Source: Anaerolineae bacterium
Lineage (GTDB): Bacteria; Chloroflexota; Anaerolineae; Promineifilales; Promineifilaceae
Direction of reading: 5' to 3'
DNA length: 64,000 nucleotides
Assembly (NCBI GenBank): GCA_034435495.1
Contig: DAOTXO010000066.1
Coordinates: 12,436 to 76,435, forward strand
Of this stretch, positions 28,489 to 37,888 are shown piece after piece. The translations under genes were made by a program, and so were the position numbers. Under the pieces are notes generated by a model. That model did not search any database, was not told the origin of the DNA, and was given only the letters and a program-made list of their open reading frames with translations. Each line of letters starts with the position of its first letter. Position 1 is the first letter of the stretch.

Positions 28489-29298
28489 TCAAACAGAGAT
28501 CAGGCTGGTGTACGCCGCTTGCCAGGTGGGGAAGAGGCGAAAGAGCTTGTCAAACCCGATCATTTCAAAAATCTCTGCCAGCCGTCCCTGAAGGCCGCAC
28601 AAAACCAGGTCGCCTCCTTGTTGGCGCGCCCGACGCCAGGCTGTAACCAACGTGCGCAACCCCACGCTGTTGATATAGGTGGACTCGGAAAGATCGACGA
28701 TAAGCCGGGGGCGGGTCTCGCCCAGCAGGTTCAAGAGCGCCTGCTCCAGGCGAGGAGTTAAGTTTTGATCCAGCCGGCCCCGAACGCCAACCAACTGGAT
28801 ATTCCCCCCCAGAGCACGCTGCCAAATGGCCAGATGGGGCGGGGCGGGCAGCCATTTGACCAGGGTTAACTGGTTGCCTTCGTCGTATCGATAGCGAATC
28901 TCATCCATCAAACGCCTAATAAACAACATCCCCAGCCCTCCCACTGGAATGGAATCCACATCCAGGCGGGGAGGCAGTTCCGGCGTCTCGACGGTGCGGG
29001 GGTCAAAGGGATCACCGCTATCCCAAACCGTGACGCGAAAGGCCTGATCGTCTAGCTCCCAGGTAACGGTCAGATCACCGACTTTTTCCCCGGTGTAGGT
29101 ATGCTCGATGACATTGGTGCAGGCTTCGTCACACGCCAACTCGATCTGAAACCGGGTATCTTCATCAATGCCAGCCTGTTCGGCCCCGGCCGTCACAAAG
29201 CGACAAATGTATTTCACCTGGTCGTAGCGACCAGGAAAGGTTTGCGTCTCTTTACGAATCATAATCAACAGGCCAGCCGGGGGCTGGCCTGACATCAA
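28489..29298 (-). CDS. fusion protein: RsbW/SpoIIAB-like anti-sigma Ser kinase (HATPase_c_2) + C-terminal STAS (anti-sigma-antagonist) domain
   Basis: N-terminal half IELACDEACTNVIEHTY...LTVTWELDDQAFRVTVWDSGDPFDP matches the RsbW family. C-terminal half LVGVRGRLDQNLTPRLE...LIVDLSESTYINSVGLRTLV...FDKLFRLF is STAS-like. Confidence 0.7.
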   Translation of the reverse strand: MMSGQPPAGLLIMIRKETQTFPGRYDQVKYICRFVTAGAEQAGIDEDTRFQIELACDEACTNVIEHTYTGEKVGDLTVTWELDDQAFRVTVWDSGDPFDPRTVETPELPPRLDVDSIPVGGLGMLFIRRLMDEIRYRYDEGNQLTLVKWLPAPPHLAIWQRALGGNIQLVGVRGRLDQNLTPRLEQALLNLLGETRPRLIVDLSESTYINSVGLRTLVTAWRRARQQGGDLVLCGLQGRLAEIFEMIGFDKLFRLFPTWQAAYTSLISV

Positions 29299-29328
29299 GG
29301 CGGCGGGACAAACACAAACCCGGCCAAT

Positions 29329-29661
29329 TTAGAAAGCTATTTCGGCAGCCGAAACAGTATCGTAAATCTCAAACAGGTGATCCATTCCTGCCAGCTCCAA
29401 AACCGTGTGTGCCCGCTCAGAAGGATTCGCCAGACGAACATCACCGAATCGAGAGCGACTGGTGCGCAACCCGCCCACCAAAGCCCGCAGGCCGGCGCTG
29501 CTCATGTATTCGACGTTGGATAGATCAACGACCAGATTGTAACGGCGGCTGTCAAAGGATTTCTTAAACGTCGCATCCAACTCCTCAGCATTGCTGCTGT
29601 CGATGCGCCCGCTTACAGTGATAACATCGACGCTCTCGCGCCTTTCGGTAGTGATCTCCAT
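29329..29661 (-). CDS. STAS-domain anti-sigma-factor antagonist (RsbV/SpoIIAA-like)
   Basis: 110 aa. VITVSGRIDSSNAEEL...LVVDLSNVEYMSSAGLRALV has the phosphorylatable Ser in DLS..YMSS context. Confidence 0.85.
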   Translation of the reverse strand: MEITTERRESVDVITVSGRIDSSNAEELDATFKKSFDSRRYNLVVDLSNVEYMSSAGLRALVGGLRTSRSRFGDVRLANPSERAHTVLELAGMDHLFEIYDTVSAAEIAF

Positions 29662-29818
29662 GCTCTATTCTCCTGGTTCCAAAGCGGGTATCCATCATCC
29701 TACAAGCGCCGCCGCTTGTGCCACAGCGCGACGGAAGCCTGAACGATTATAGGCACGCATTATATCACAAATAAAATGCAAACCAGCCTCCAGGTGGTTT
29801 ATGGTATGATTGTAGCCT

Positions 29819-31042
29819 ATGTCTGTCTCCACTGTGGCTGTATCCGCCGCACACCCATCGGCTTCGGCGTGGGCCGACATCACCCAGGGCCTGAAAAAGG
29901 AAGCTCTGGCGTTGGGCTTCAGTTTGGTAGGGGTGGTGGCCGCGCGCCCCGGCCGGCGCCTGGCCGCCTATCAGGCCTGGATTGCGGCGCAGATGCAAGG
30001 AGACATGGCCTATCTGGCACGCCCAGATCGCCTGGCGCGGCGCGAGGATTTAGGCCTGATTTTGCCCGGCGTAGCGAGCATGGTGTGTGTGGGGTTGGAT
30101 TACAGCACGCCCCCTTTGCCGCCGGCCGTGGCGACAGACCCCGGCCGAGGGCGCATCTCCAACTACGCCTGGGGCGTCGATTACCATGCTGTCATGACGC
30201 CGCGGCTGGAGACATTGGGGCGCTGGCTGGCGCAGGCTACGCAACAGCCGGTGCGTCACAAGGTGTATGTGGATACCGGGGCGATTTTGGAACGGGACCA
30301 TGCCGAGACGGCCGGCCTGGGGTTCACCGGCAAAAACACCTTGCTCATCCACCCCCGGCGCGGTTCCTACTTTTTTCTAGGAGAATTGCTGACCACCGCC
30401 CCTCTGATGCCTGACCCGGCTCCCCAGGCCATGCCAGGCTGTGGGCGCTGCCAGCGCTGTCTGACCGCCTGCCCCACCGCCGCTTTTCCTCAGCCCTATG
30501 TCCTGGATGCGCGGCGCTGCATCTCCTATCTGACCATTGAGCTGCGCGGCCCCATTCCCCCTGACCTGCGCCCGCTGTTGGGCAACTGGGTGTATGGGTG
30601 TGATGTGTGCCAGATTGTCTGCCCGTTTAATCGTTTTGCTTCTCAGGCAACGGAATCACCCTTTGGGGCGGCCGACTACGACCGCGCCGCGCCCCCCCTG
30701 CTCGATCTGCTGGCTCTGGACGAAGCAGCCTTTGAAGCCCGTTTTGCCGCCACGCCCATTTGGCGTTTGCGGCGGCGTGGGCTGGTGCGCAACGCCTGTG
30801 TGGCGGCCGGCAACTGGCGATCTGTCCGCGCTGAGCCAGCCCTCCGCCGCCTGGTGTTGCAGGAGAAGGAACCCCTGATCCGCCAACACGCGGCCTGGGC
30901 GCTGGGGCGTCTGGAGCAAGCGGCCGGCCGGTCGGCGCTGCTCGCAGCTCTGGCAACTGAAACCAACAACGCTGTGCGGCAGGAAATCGCCGCCGCGGTG
31001 GATGCCACTCCATTCCCTTTGTCAGGAGAATCTTGTGACTGA
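29819..31042 (+). CDS. queG: tRNA epoxyqueuosine(34) reductase QueG
   Basis: ALALGFSLVGV N-terminus; two 4Fe-4S ferredoxin motifs (CGRCQRCLTACPT, CDVCQIVCPFN); C-terminal HEAT-like repeat. Confidence 0.8.
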   Translation: MSVSTVAVSAAHPSASAWADITQGLKKEALALGFSLVGVVAARPGRRLAAYQAWIAAQMQGDMAYLARPDRLARREDLGLILPGVASMVCVGLDYSTPPLPPAVATDPGRGRISNYAWGVDYHAVMTPRLETLGRWLAQATQQPVRHKVYVDTGAILERDHAETAGLGFTGKNTLLIHPRRGSYFFLGELLTTAPLMPDPAPQAMPGCGRCQRCLTACPTAAFPQPYVLDARRCISYLTIELRGPIPPDLRPLLGNWVYGCDVCQIVCPFNRFASQATESPFGAADYDRAAPPLLDLLALDEAAFEARFAATPIWRLRRRGLVRNACVAAGNWRSVRAEPALRRLVLQEKEPLIRQHAAWALGRLEQAAGRSALLAALATETNNAVRQEIAAAVDATPFPLSGESCD

Positions 31043-33098
31043 CCCACATCCCGCTTTTGATTGGCGCGAAGTCGCCCGACTCATCTTAACTTCTCGCGCT
31101 ATGGATGACCTGGAAGAAGAAGAGCTGACGCCGCAAGGCCTGGTTGTCTACCAATTTTCGGCGCGCGGACACGAACTGGGCCAGGTGTTGCTTAGCCAAC
31201 TGCTCACCCACCCCTTCGACGCAGCCAGCGTTTACTACCGCTCCCGTGCCTTTATGTTGGGCAGCGGGTTGACGCCAGAAGAGGGTTTTGCCTGCGGCAT
31301 GGCGCGCCTGGGCAGTGTCAACGCCGGCCGGGATGTCGGTGTGGTTTTTAACTTGCCCAGCCGGGGGCGGGCCACCATTTTGCCCATGGGGGGAGATGTT
31401 GGCTCCCAATACACCCCCGGCGTGGGCTGGGCCCAGGCCATTCGCTATCGCGTGGAGGAACTGGGAGAAATGGATAAACAAGAGAGCCTGGTCGTCATCT
31501 GTGGCGGGGATGGCTCTGTGGCAGCCAATGGCTTCTGGTCAGCTTTGACTATTGCCACCACGCTCCAGTTGCCCGTCTTGTTCGTCATTGAAGATAACGG
31601 CTTTGCCATCTCGGTTGTGCGCGATCTCCAGACCCCCGGCGGCAACATCGCCGACAATCTGGCCGCTTTTAGCGGTCTGACCATCTGGCAGGGAAGCGGG
31701 GTGGAGCCGGCCGTCACAGCTCGCCTGGTCGAAGAAGCGGTGCGCCATGTGCGCAGCGGCGAAGGGCCGGGACTGCTTCGCCTGGCCGTGCCCCGTCTCT
31801 CCGGCCACTCCGGCCACGACAATCAGGCCTACAAATCCCCCACGTTGCTGGAGCAAGAGTGGAAACAAGACCCGCTGCCGGCCCTGCGGCGCTATCTCGT
31901 TCCGGTGTTGATGACAGACGCTGAATGGGAAGCGCTGGCGGCTGAAACCCAGGCTCAGGTACGGGCAGCAGCAGTCGCGGCGCAACAACAACCGGAACCT
32001 GATCCGACCACCGTCGCCGATTATGTGTGGGCCAACCGCCCCTCGCCAGCGCAGCAGGGGAGTGTAGCGGCCGAGGGCCTGCATTTGCCGTCAGGTGACC
32101 GCCTGCCCCAGGTGACGGACCCCCGGCGCATCAACATGGTGCAGGCCGTGCAGCGTGTTCTGGAGGTGGAGCTGGAACTCAACCCGCGTGTGTTGGTGTT
32201 TGGGGAAGATGTGGGGGTGAAAGGTGGGGTACACATCGCCACCATGGGGTTACAAACGCGCTTTGGCGCCGGCCGGGTGTTCGATACCAGCCTCTCCGAG
32301 GAGGGCATCATTGGGCGGGCAACAGGTCTGGCGCTGGCCGGCCTGCTGCCTGTGCCCGAAATCCAATTTCGCAAATACGCCGACCCGGCCATGGAGCAAC
32401 TGCACAACATTGGCACACTGCGCTGGCGAACCGCCAACCGCTTTGCTGCCCCCATGGTGGTGCGCATTCCCGTTGGTTTTGGGCGCAAAATTGGCGACCC
32501 CTGGCACAGCGTCACCGATGAAGCGATGTTTGCCCACAGTGTGGGCTGGCAACTGGCCTTCCCGTCCAACGCTGAAGATTGTGTCGGGCTGTTGCGCTTC
32601 GCTCTGCGCAACCAGAACCCAACCATCTTTTTTGAGCATCGCGCTCAGCTAGACGCGGCCTGGGCGCGGCGACCTTACCCCGGCGACGCCTACGTGATTC
32701 CCTTCGGGCAGGCTCGTTTCATCACGCGGGGCGACGATCTGACGGTGGTCACCTGGGGGGCGATGGTGGAACGGTGTGAGTTGGCGGCGCACCCGCTGGC
32801 GGCCGGCATTGAGATCATCGACCTGCGCACCATCGTTCCATGGGATAAGACAGCTGTGCTGGAGTCAGTGCGTCGCACGTCCCGCTGTCTCATTGTTCAC
32901 GAAGATATCGGGGTGGCGGGTTTCGGGGCCGAGATCGCCGCAGTGGTCGGCGCAGAAGCCTTTCTCGACCTGGATGCGCCCATCACGCGCCTGACTGCCC
33001 CACCCATTCCCGTTCCCTTCAACGTAGGGTTGATGAACGCGGTTGTGCCAACAGTAGAGATGATTCGCCAGCAGATGGCCGATATGCTCGCTTTCTGA
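31035..33098 (+). CDS. fused 2-oxoacid dehydrogenase E1 component, alpha+beta subunits in one polypeptide (TPP-dependent)
   Basis: N-terminal half carries the TPP-binding GDG...N motif (VICGGDGSVAANG...VIEDNGFAIS). C-terminal half is the transketolase-like beta subunit (GEDVGVKGGVHIATMGLQTRFGAGRVFDTSLSEEGIIG). Start proposed at GTG 31035 with RBS AGGAGAA 5 nt upstream; it overlaps the queG stop. The listed ATG 31002 lies inside queG. Confidence 0.75.
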   Translation: MTDPHPAFDWREVARLILTSRAMDDLEEEELTPQGLVVYQFSARGHELGQVLLSQLLTHPFDAASVYYRSRAFMLGSGLTPEEGFACGMARLGSVNAGRDVGVVFNLPSRGRATILPMGGDVGSQYTPGVGWAQAIRYRVEELGEMDKQESLVVICGGDGSVAANGFWSALTIATTLQLPVLFVIEDNGFAISVVRDLQTPGGNIADNLAAFSGLTIWQGSGVEPAVTARLVEEAVRHVRSGEGPGLLRLAVPRLSGHSGHDNQAYKSPTLLEQEWKQDPLPALRRYLVPVLMTDAEWEALAAETQAQVRAAAVAAQQQPEPDPTTVADYVWANRPSPAQQGSVAAEGLHLPSGDRLPQVTDPRRINMVQAVQRVLEVELELNPRVLVFGEDVGVKGGVHIATMGLQTRFGAGRVFDTSLSEEGIIGRATGLALAGLLPVPEIQFRKYADPAMEQLHNIGTLRWRTANRFAAPMVVRIPVGFGRKIGDPWHSVTDEAMFAHSVGWQLAFPSNAEDCVGLLRFALRNQNPTIFFEHRAQLDAAWARRPYPGDAYVIPFGQARFITRGDDLTVVTWGAMVERCELAAHPLAAGIEIIDLRTIVPWDKTAVLESVRRTSRCLIVHEDIGVAGFGAEIAAVVGAEAFLDLDAPITRLTAPPIPVPFNVGLMNAVVPTVEMIRQQMADMLAF

Positions 33099-33109
33099 AC
33101 GGCCGGCGC

Positions 33110-35395
33110 TCAATGGAGCACACGTCTCAACCAGTCGCGGATCTCAACCGGACGTAAGAATTGGCCCAGATAACCATCGCCAATGCGCAGCTCAAAATGC
33201 AAATGCACATCTCCCCCGGCCTCCAATGAGCCAGGGGAACCGGAATCCCCGACGTAAGCTATGGTCTGCCCTTGTGTTACCGACGCGCCCACCCACAGAA
33301 TAGACTCCACCGCGCTGAGGTGAACATACCGGGTGGTTATTCCCTGGCCGTGATCCAACCACACCTGCCGGCCGCGATAAAAGTCGTGACCTGCATCCGA
33401 GGTATAGCCCAGGCGCTGGGATTCGGCGCGCCAGAAGTCGAACTGCGCTGGTGTTGGCTCGACAAAGACAAGATCGAGGCGCGTGACCACGCCATCCGCA
33501 GCAGCCATCACCGGCGCGTCTGGCTGCCAGTAAAAATCAAGCCCTTCATGCACCCCCAGGCGGTAATGACGCGGCGCGCCGGGCAGCTGGAAAGCGCGCT
33601 GATTAAAGTCAGCAATCCCCAGCGGCACACGAAAGCCAGCCAGGCTGTTTAAGCGTTCCAGATCGTGCGGTTGGGGGTCGGTCAGAAGGGGAGTGAGCGA
33701 AATCTCGGCGGCGCGCTCTGGCTGCCCCACCCACGCCAGATAGTCGCGGCCGACCAGAAGCAAACGTTGCGTAGCGGCGTCCACAGCCATGGCGCTGATG
33801 CGCCTGCGGTCGTGGAAACGATAGATTGCTTGCAGCCGGCCGCTGGCAGGATCGAAGGCCAGCAGGCGAAAGCCAGCCTGATCCAGAACATAGACGCTGG
33901 TTGGTGTGGCAACCACTTGGCGCGGCGATTGGATGGGGAAATTCGGTTCAAAAGCGGTAAAGCGCTCCCCCTGGCGATAGGCGTGCAGCTGTCCGGTGGG
34001 GGCGGTGAGCCCAGCCAGCAAGAGATAGAGCGTCTCACCTGCCTGGCTGATGTCCACACCCAGCAGATCGGGGTAGGGCCACACCACTTCCTCGCCCACG
34101 CCGTAGCGCAACATAAAGGGATAGCTAACCTCCAGGAGCGTGCGTTGCGGGCCGGCCGCCTCCACTGCGGCGTAGTAGTGGGAGGAAAGGTCGCGCACCG
34201 GGCGGTCGTATCGCTCCAACCGCCAGCCAACGCTCTCACCCGCATAGCGATAGACATCTCCGACGCGATCCAACACCACCAGTTGCGCACCATCCAGCGC
34301 CAGATCAAGCGGTTCCTGCACGCGCACCCCTCCCACCTCGTCCCCCGGCCGCAGCAAAACACGCGGCGGGGCGGTCTGGGTGGCATCTAGCGCCAGCACC
34401 CGCCCGCCGTCTATCAGGTAAACCTGCTCCTGTGTCAGCGCCAGGCCCACAGGGTGGTAAAAAGCGCCCGATAGGTAGCGTTGCTGACCGGTGTTATCCG
34501 CTCCCAACCAATCGAAGGTCGCCCCGGCCGGCGCGACCTCAGCCTGATAGACATTGGGCGCAGTCGTCAACAGGTTGGCGAGGGCAGCCATAAACGACGG
34601 CTCGCCATCGGGGGGCAGCGTCACATGCACTGCGGCGATTCCTTCACCCGCCAGATAATCCAGCATGTGACCGGCCGTATCGCGCAGCGCCAGGGTAGGA
34701 TAGGGCAGGGCGGCGCGCAGTTGGGCCGCCAACGCTTCGCCGGCCGGCTGTTGGCGACAGCTATCCAGCTGAATGGTCGGCGTCTCGCCCTGCGTGACCA
34801 GGATCACTACCCAGGCGCGGGCCGTCAGGTCACGCATCGCCCGCGTTTCCGGCAGAGCAAAAGGATATAGCCCATCACTTCCATACCAGTTGTTAGCCGT
34901 GCAGCCATCGAAGTTGGTGTCCGCGTTGGTGAAAACTGGCTGACGGTCGGGATTGATGTCCGGGGCGATCCACAAACTGACGCCGGCCGGGGTCGCTTCT
35001 GGCTGGGCAGTGAAGTGGGTCAGCCAGAGGTCAGCCAGCGCCGGTTGATCCGTCATCACCACGACTGCCAACTCACCAGCGCCAAATTGATAGGCTGGCA
35101 AGGGGGTCTGGCTTAACGAAGAGTACCCCACAATTAGGCGACGCGCCGCCACGTCGCCTCCGTCAGGCGCGGGCGGCGTTATCCCAGGGCGGGTTGCTCC
35201 TGCCTCGCTGTCAGGCGTGGGTGTTCTATTGGGCGCGGCCGGTGTGTAAATGGTTACCACTGGGGTCGGCAGCGGCGCGGCCGGCGGCGTTGCGGAAGGG
35301 ATGGCCTCCTGGTGAGAGGTCGTGTTCGGATTGGCCGGGGCGGCGCTGCACCCTAGCAAAAAAACCAACCAGATGATGATCGGCCAACGTTGCAT
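33110..35395 (-). CDS. lipoprotein with degenerate M14-carboxypeptidase-like domain, beta-propeller-like middle region and C-terminal M23 (LytM) peptidase domain
   Basis: Lipobox LLGCS + Pro/Thr linker. M14-like segment INPDRQPVFTNADTNFDGCTANNWYGSDGLYPFALPETRA with no HxxE seen. M23 signatures at the C-terminus (GLDFYW...AAADGVV...HLHFEL). Confidence 0.7.
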   Translation of the reverse strand: MQRWPIIIWLVFLLGCSAAPANPNTTSHQEAIPSATPPAAPLPTPVVTIYTPAAPNRTPTPDSEAGATRPGITPPAPDGGDVAARRLIVGYSSLSQTPLPAYQFGAGELAVVVMTDQPALADLWLTHFTAQPEATPAGVSLWIAPDINPDRQPVFTNADTNFDGCTANNWYGSDGLYPFALPETRAMRDLTARAWVVILVTQGETPTIQLDSCRQQPAGEALAAQLRAALPYPTLALRDTAGHMLDYLAGEGIAAVHVTLPPDGEPSFMAALANLLTTAPNVYQAEVAPAGATFDWLGADNTGQQRYLSGAFYHPVGLALTQEQVYLIDGGRVLALDATQTAPPRVLLRPGDEVGGVRVQEPLDLALDGAQLVVLDRVGDVYRYAGESVGWRLERYDRPVRDLSSHYYAAVEAAGPQRTLLEVSYPFMLRYGVGEEVVWPYPDLLGVDISQAGETLYLLLAGLTAPTGQLHAYRQGERFTAFEPNFPIQSPRQVVATPTSVYVLDQAGFRLLAFDPASGRLQAIYRFHDRRRISAMAVDAATQRLLLVGRDYLAWVGQPERAAEISLTPLLTDPQPHDLERLNSLAGFRVPLGIADFNQRAFQLPGAPRHYRLGVHEGLDFYWQPDAPVMAAADGVVTRLDLVFVEPTPAQFDFWRAESQRLGYTSDAGHDFYRGRQVWLDHGQGITTRYVHLSAVESILWVGASVTQGQTIAYVGDSGSPGSLEAGGDVHLHFELRIGDGYLGQFLRPVEIRDWLRRVLH

Positions 35396-35542
35396 CCCCT
35401 CAATTGTATGCCCAACCCAGACTCCCTGCCCACCTGGATTCCAGACGCACCAGCAACGCTTATCATGCAGTGGGGTTGTGTTCCATAACCCGTTATGCGC
35501 CTGTCGGCGGCGACCGCTGGCAACACGTTGAGGAGAAAACAG

Positions 35543-36679
35543 ATGGGCCTAGAGATAGAACGCGTTCACAACCAACAACAACTCCAGGAGTTCATTCGCG
35601 TAGCGTGGCAGGTGTACGCCCACGACCCCTATTGGGTTCCGTGGCTCTACTTTGAACGCCTGGCCTTCTTTGACCGACGCCGGAACCCGTTCTTTGAACA
35701 CGCCGAAGCGGATTATTTCATAGCACGGCGAGATGGACGCGCTGTCGGCGCAATCGCTGCGATTTTGAATCATCGCCATAACGAATTCCACCAGGAAAAC
35801 GTAGCGCATTTTGGGGCGTTCGAGGTGCTGGAGGATCGGGAAGCGGCCCTGGCGCTGTTGAATCAGGCGTGCGCCTGGGCCAGACAGAAAGGCGCGAACA
35901 AGATCATCGGCCCCGCCACGCTATCAACCAACGATGAGAGCGGCCTCTTGATCGAAGGGTTTGATGCGCCGCCGGTGATGCTGATGACCTACAACCCACG
36001 CTACTACATTGGGTTTGTCGAGGCGGCCGGCTTCACCAAGGCCATGGATCTGCTGGCCTGGGACTTTGATCTGCCGTATATGCTGGCGAATGTGCCGGAA
36101 AAGATCCAAAAGGCCAACGCGGTGGCGCGTCAGGCGCAACAGATCACCTTACGCCCGGTCAATATGCGCGATTGGGATCGGGAGGTGGCGCGGGTTAAAG
36201 CGATCTACAACAGCGCCTGGGAAAAAAACTGGGGCTTCGTGCCGTTCACCGAAAAGGAGTTTCAACATTTAACCAGCGGTTTGAAAGCAATTGTCGATCC
36301 CCGGATTCTCTTCCTGGCGGAACATGAGGGAGAACCAATTGGGTTCGGTCTGGCGCTGCCCGATGTGAATGAAATTTTGCACCGCTTGCGGCCGGGACCG
36401 TCTCGTTTGAGTTCTTATCTTGCCGGGGCGCGGATGGCGTTACAAAAGCGCTCTGTCAGGCGGATGCGGGTCATTATTCTGGGGGTGTTGGAACAGTATC
36501 GCACCCGTGGTGTAGGCGCTATGCTATACTTAGAGATAGTGGCGGCGGCGGTCAAAGCAGGCTATGACCGGGCCGAAGGTTCCTGGATCCTGGAGACCAA
36601 CGACAACATGAACCGTCCCCTGGCCATGTTACACGGTAAGGTTTACAAACGTTATCGTATGTACGAGAAGAACTTATGA
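35543..36679 (+). CDS. GNAT-fold acyltransferase family protein (two-domain)
   Basis: Start chosen at ATG 35543 (RBS GAGGAG 7 nt upstream). Acyl-CoA motif-A-like RTRGVGAMLY near the C-terminus. Stop overlaps the RidA start (ATGA). Confidence 0.5.
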   Translation: MGLEIERVHNQQQLQEFIRVAWQVYAHDPYWVPWLYFERLAFFDRRRNPFFEHAEADYFIARRDGRAVGAIAAILNHRHNEFHQENVAHFGAFEVLEDREAALALLNQACAWARQKGANKIIGPATLSTNDESGLLIEGFDAPPVMLMTYNPRYYIGFVEAAGFTKAMDLLAWDFDLPYMLANVPEKIQKANAVARQAQQITLRPVNMRDWDREVARVKAIYNSAWEKNWGFVPFTEKEFQHLTSGLKAIVDPRILFLAEHEGEPIGFGLALPDVNEILHRLRPGPSRLSSYLAGARMALQKRSVRRMRVIILGVLEQYRTRGVGAMLYLEIVAAAVKAGYDRAEGSWILETNDNMNRPLAMLHGKVYKRYRMYEKNL

Positions 36680-37125
36680 AAGAGATCATCACAACCGAAC
36701 ACGCCCCGGCCGCCATCGGCCCCTACTCCCAGGCTATCCGTGTGGGGGAGATGGTGTACACGGCCGGCCAGATTGCTCTCGATCCGGCCACCGGTCAGCT
36801 GGTGGGGGAAGATGTGGCCGCGCAAACGCGTCAGGTATTGCACAACTTACAGGCGGTGTTGACCGCCGCTGGCAGCAGTTTGGAACAGGTGGTCAAGACG
36901 ACTGTTTTCTTGCGTTTCATCGGTGACTTTGCAGCCATGAATGCGGTTTATGAAGAGTTTTTCGGGCAGGTGCGGCCGGCACGCTCGACTGTGGCGGTGT
37001 CTGCCTTGCCGCGCAAAGCGCGGGTGGAGATCGAGGCTATTGCCCTGGTTTCGCCAGTCGCGGCGCCCGACGATGAGGATGAGACCAAAAAGAAAAAGGA
37101 CAAGAAACGCAAGAAAGATAAGTAG
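36676..37125 (+). CDS. ridA: RidA (YjgF/TdcF) family reactive-intermediate deaminase with a ~25-aa acidic then poly-Lys C-terminal tail
   Basis: PAAIGPYSQAIRVGEMVYTAGQI...VKTTVFL...AR..V.V..LP signature. Tail SPVAAPDDEDETKKKKDKKRKKDK is encoded by an A-rich stretch (37073-37125). Confidence 0.85.
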   Translation: MKEIITTEHAPAAIGPYSQAIRVGEMVYTAGQIALDPATGQLVGEDVAAQTRQVLHNLQAVLTAAGSSLEQVVKTTVFLRFIGDFAAMNAVYEEFFGQVRPARSTVAVSALPRKARVEIEAIALVSPVAAPDDEDETKKKKDKKRKKDK

Positions 37126-37138
37126 AGAACGTTAACCC

Positions 37139-37819
37139 ATGCCGGAAACAATTCTGGTCGTTGATGACGAAGCCAATATCCGCGATCTGGCCCGCCTGTA
37201 CCTGACCCGCGCCGGGTATCAAGTGGACACAGCCGCCGACGGTCTGACGGCGCTGGCGCAGATCAAACACCATCCCCCGGCCTTGATGGTCTTAGACCTC
37301 ATGTTGCCCCGGCTAGATGGCATTGAGGTATGCCGACGTGTGCGCGCTGATAGCAACCTGCCTATTTTGATGCTCACCGCGCGGGATGATGATGTGGATA
37401 AAATCCTGGGGCTGGAGATTGGGGCCGACGATTACATGACCAAACCCTTTAACCCACGCGAGCTGGTGGCGCGGGTGCGCGCTATTTTGCGCCGCGCCCA
37501 GCCCGACCCGGCGTTGCAACGGGATACTATCCGGCAAGTGGGGGACATCGTCATCGACCCGGCCGCTCACAGTGTGACTGTAGCCGGCCAGAGCGTTGAC
37601 CTGCGGGTGAAAGAGTTCGATCTATTGCTGACGTTGGTTGATCATCGCAACCGTTTGCTGTCACGGGAACAGCTGTTGGAGCTGGTGTGGGGGTACGATT
37701 TCTACGGTCAGACACGCACTGTGGACGTTCATATCGCTCATTTGCGCGACAAGTTGGCCGGCAGTTCCGTTCGCATTGAAACGGTGTGGGGGAAGGGGTA
37801 TAAACTGGTAGAAGTGTAA
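37139..37819 (+). CDS. OmpR-family response regulator
   Basis: VVDDE...LDLMLPRLDG receiver; winged helix (VWG...VWGKGYKL). Paralogous to the regulator at 5596. Confidence 0.9.
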   Translation: MPETILVVDDEANIRDLARLYLTRAGYQVDTAADGLTALAQIKHHPPALMVLDLMLPRLDGIEVCRRVRADSNLPILMLTARDDDVDKILGLEIGADDYMTKPFNPRELVARVRAILRRAQPDPALQRDTIRQVGDIVIDPAAHSVTVAGQSVDLRVKEFDLLLTLVDHRNRLLSREQLLELVWGYDFYGQTRTVDVHIAHLRDKLAGSSVRIETVWGKGYKLVEV

Positions 37820-37888
37820 GCGCCGGGCAACACTTCGGTTACAAGGCGTTAACCTTCTGGTTACACTCCCTTGCTATGATGTAACAAG

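Noticed and set aside
29776-30414. 212-aa plus-strand ORF overlapping queG in another frame
   Set aside because: High-GC frame artefact. The queG frame carries both ferredoxin-type Cys motifs.
31002-31034. ATG start of the E1 gene inside queG
   Set aside because: GTG at 31035 has a strong AGGAGAA RBS and minimises the overlap, so the upstream ATG is probably not used.
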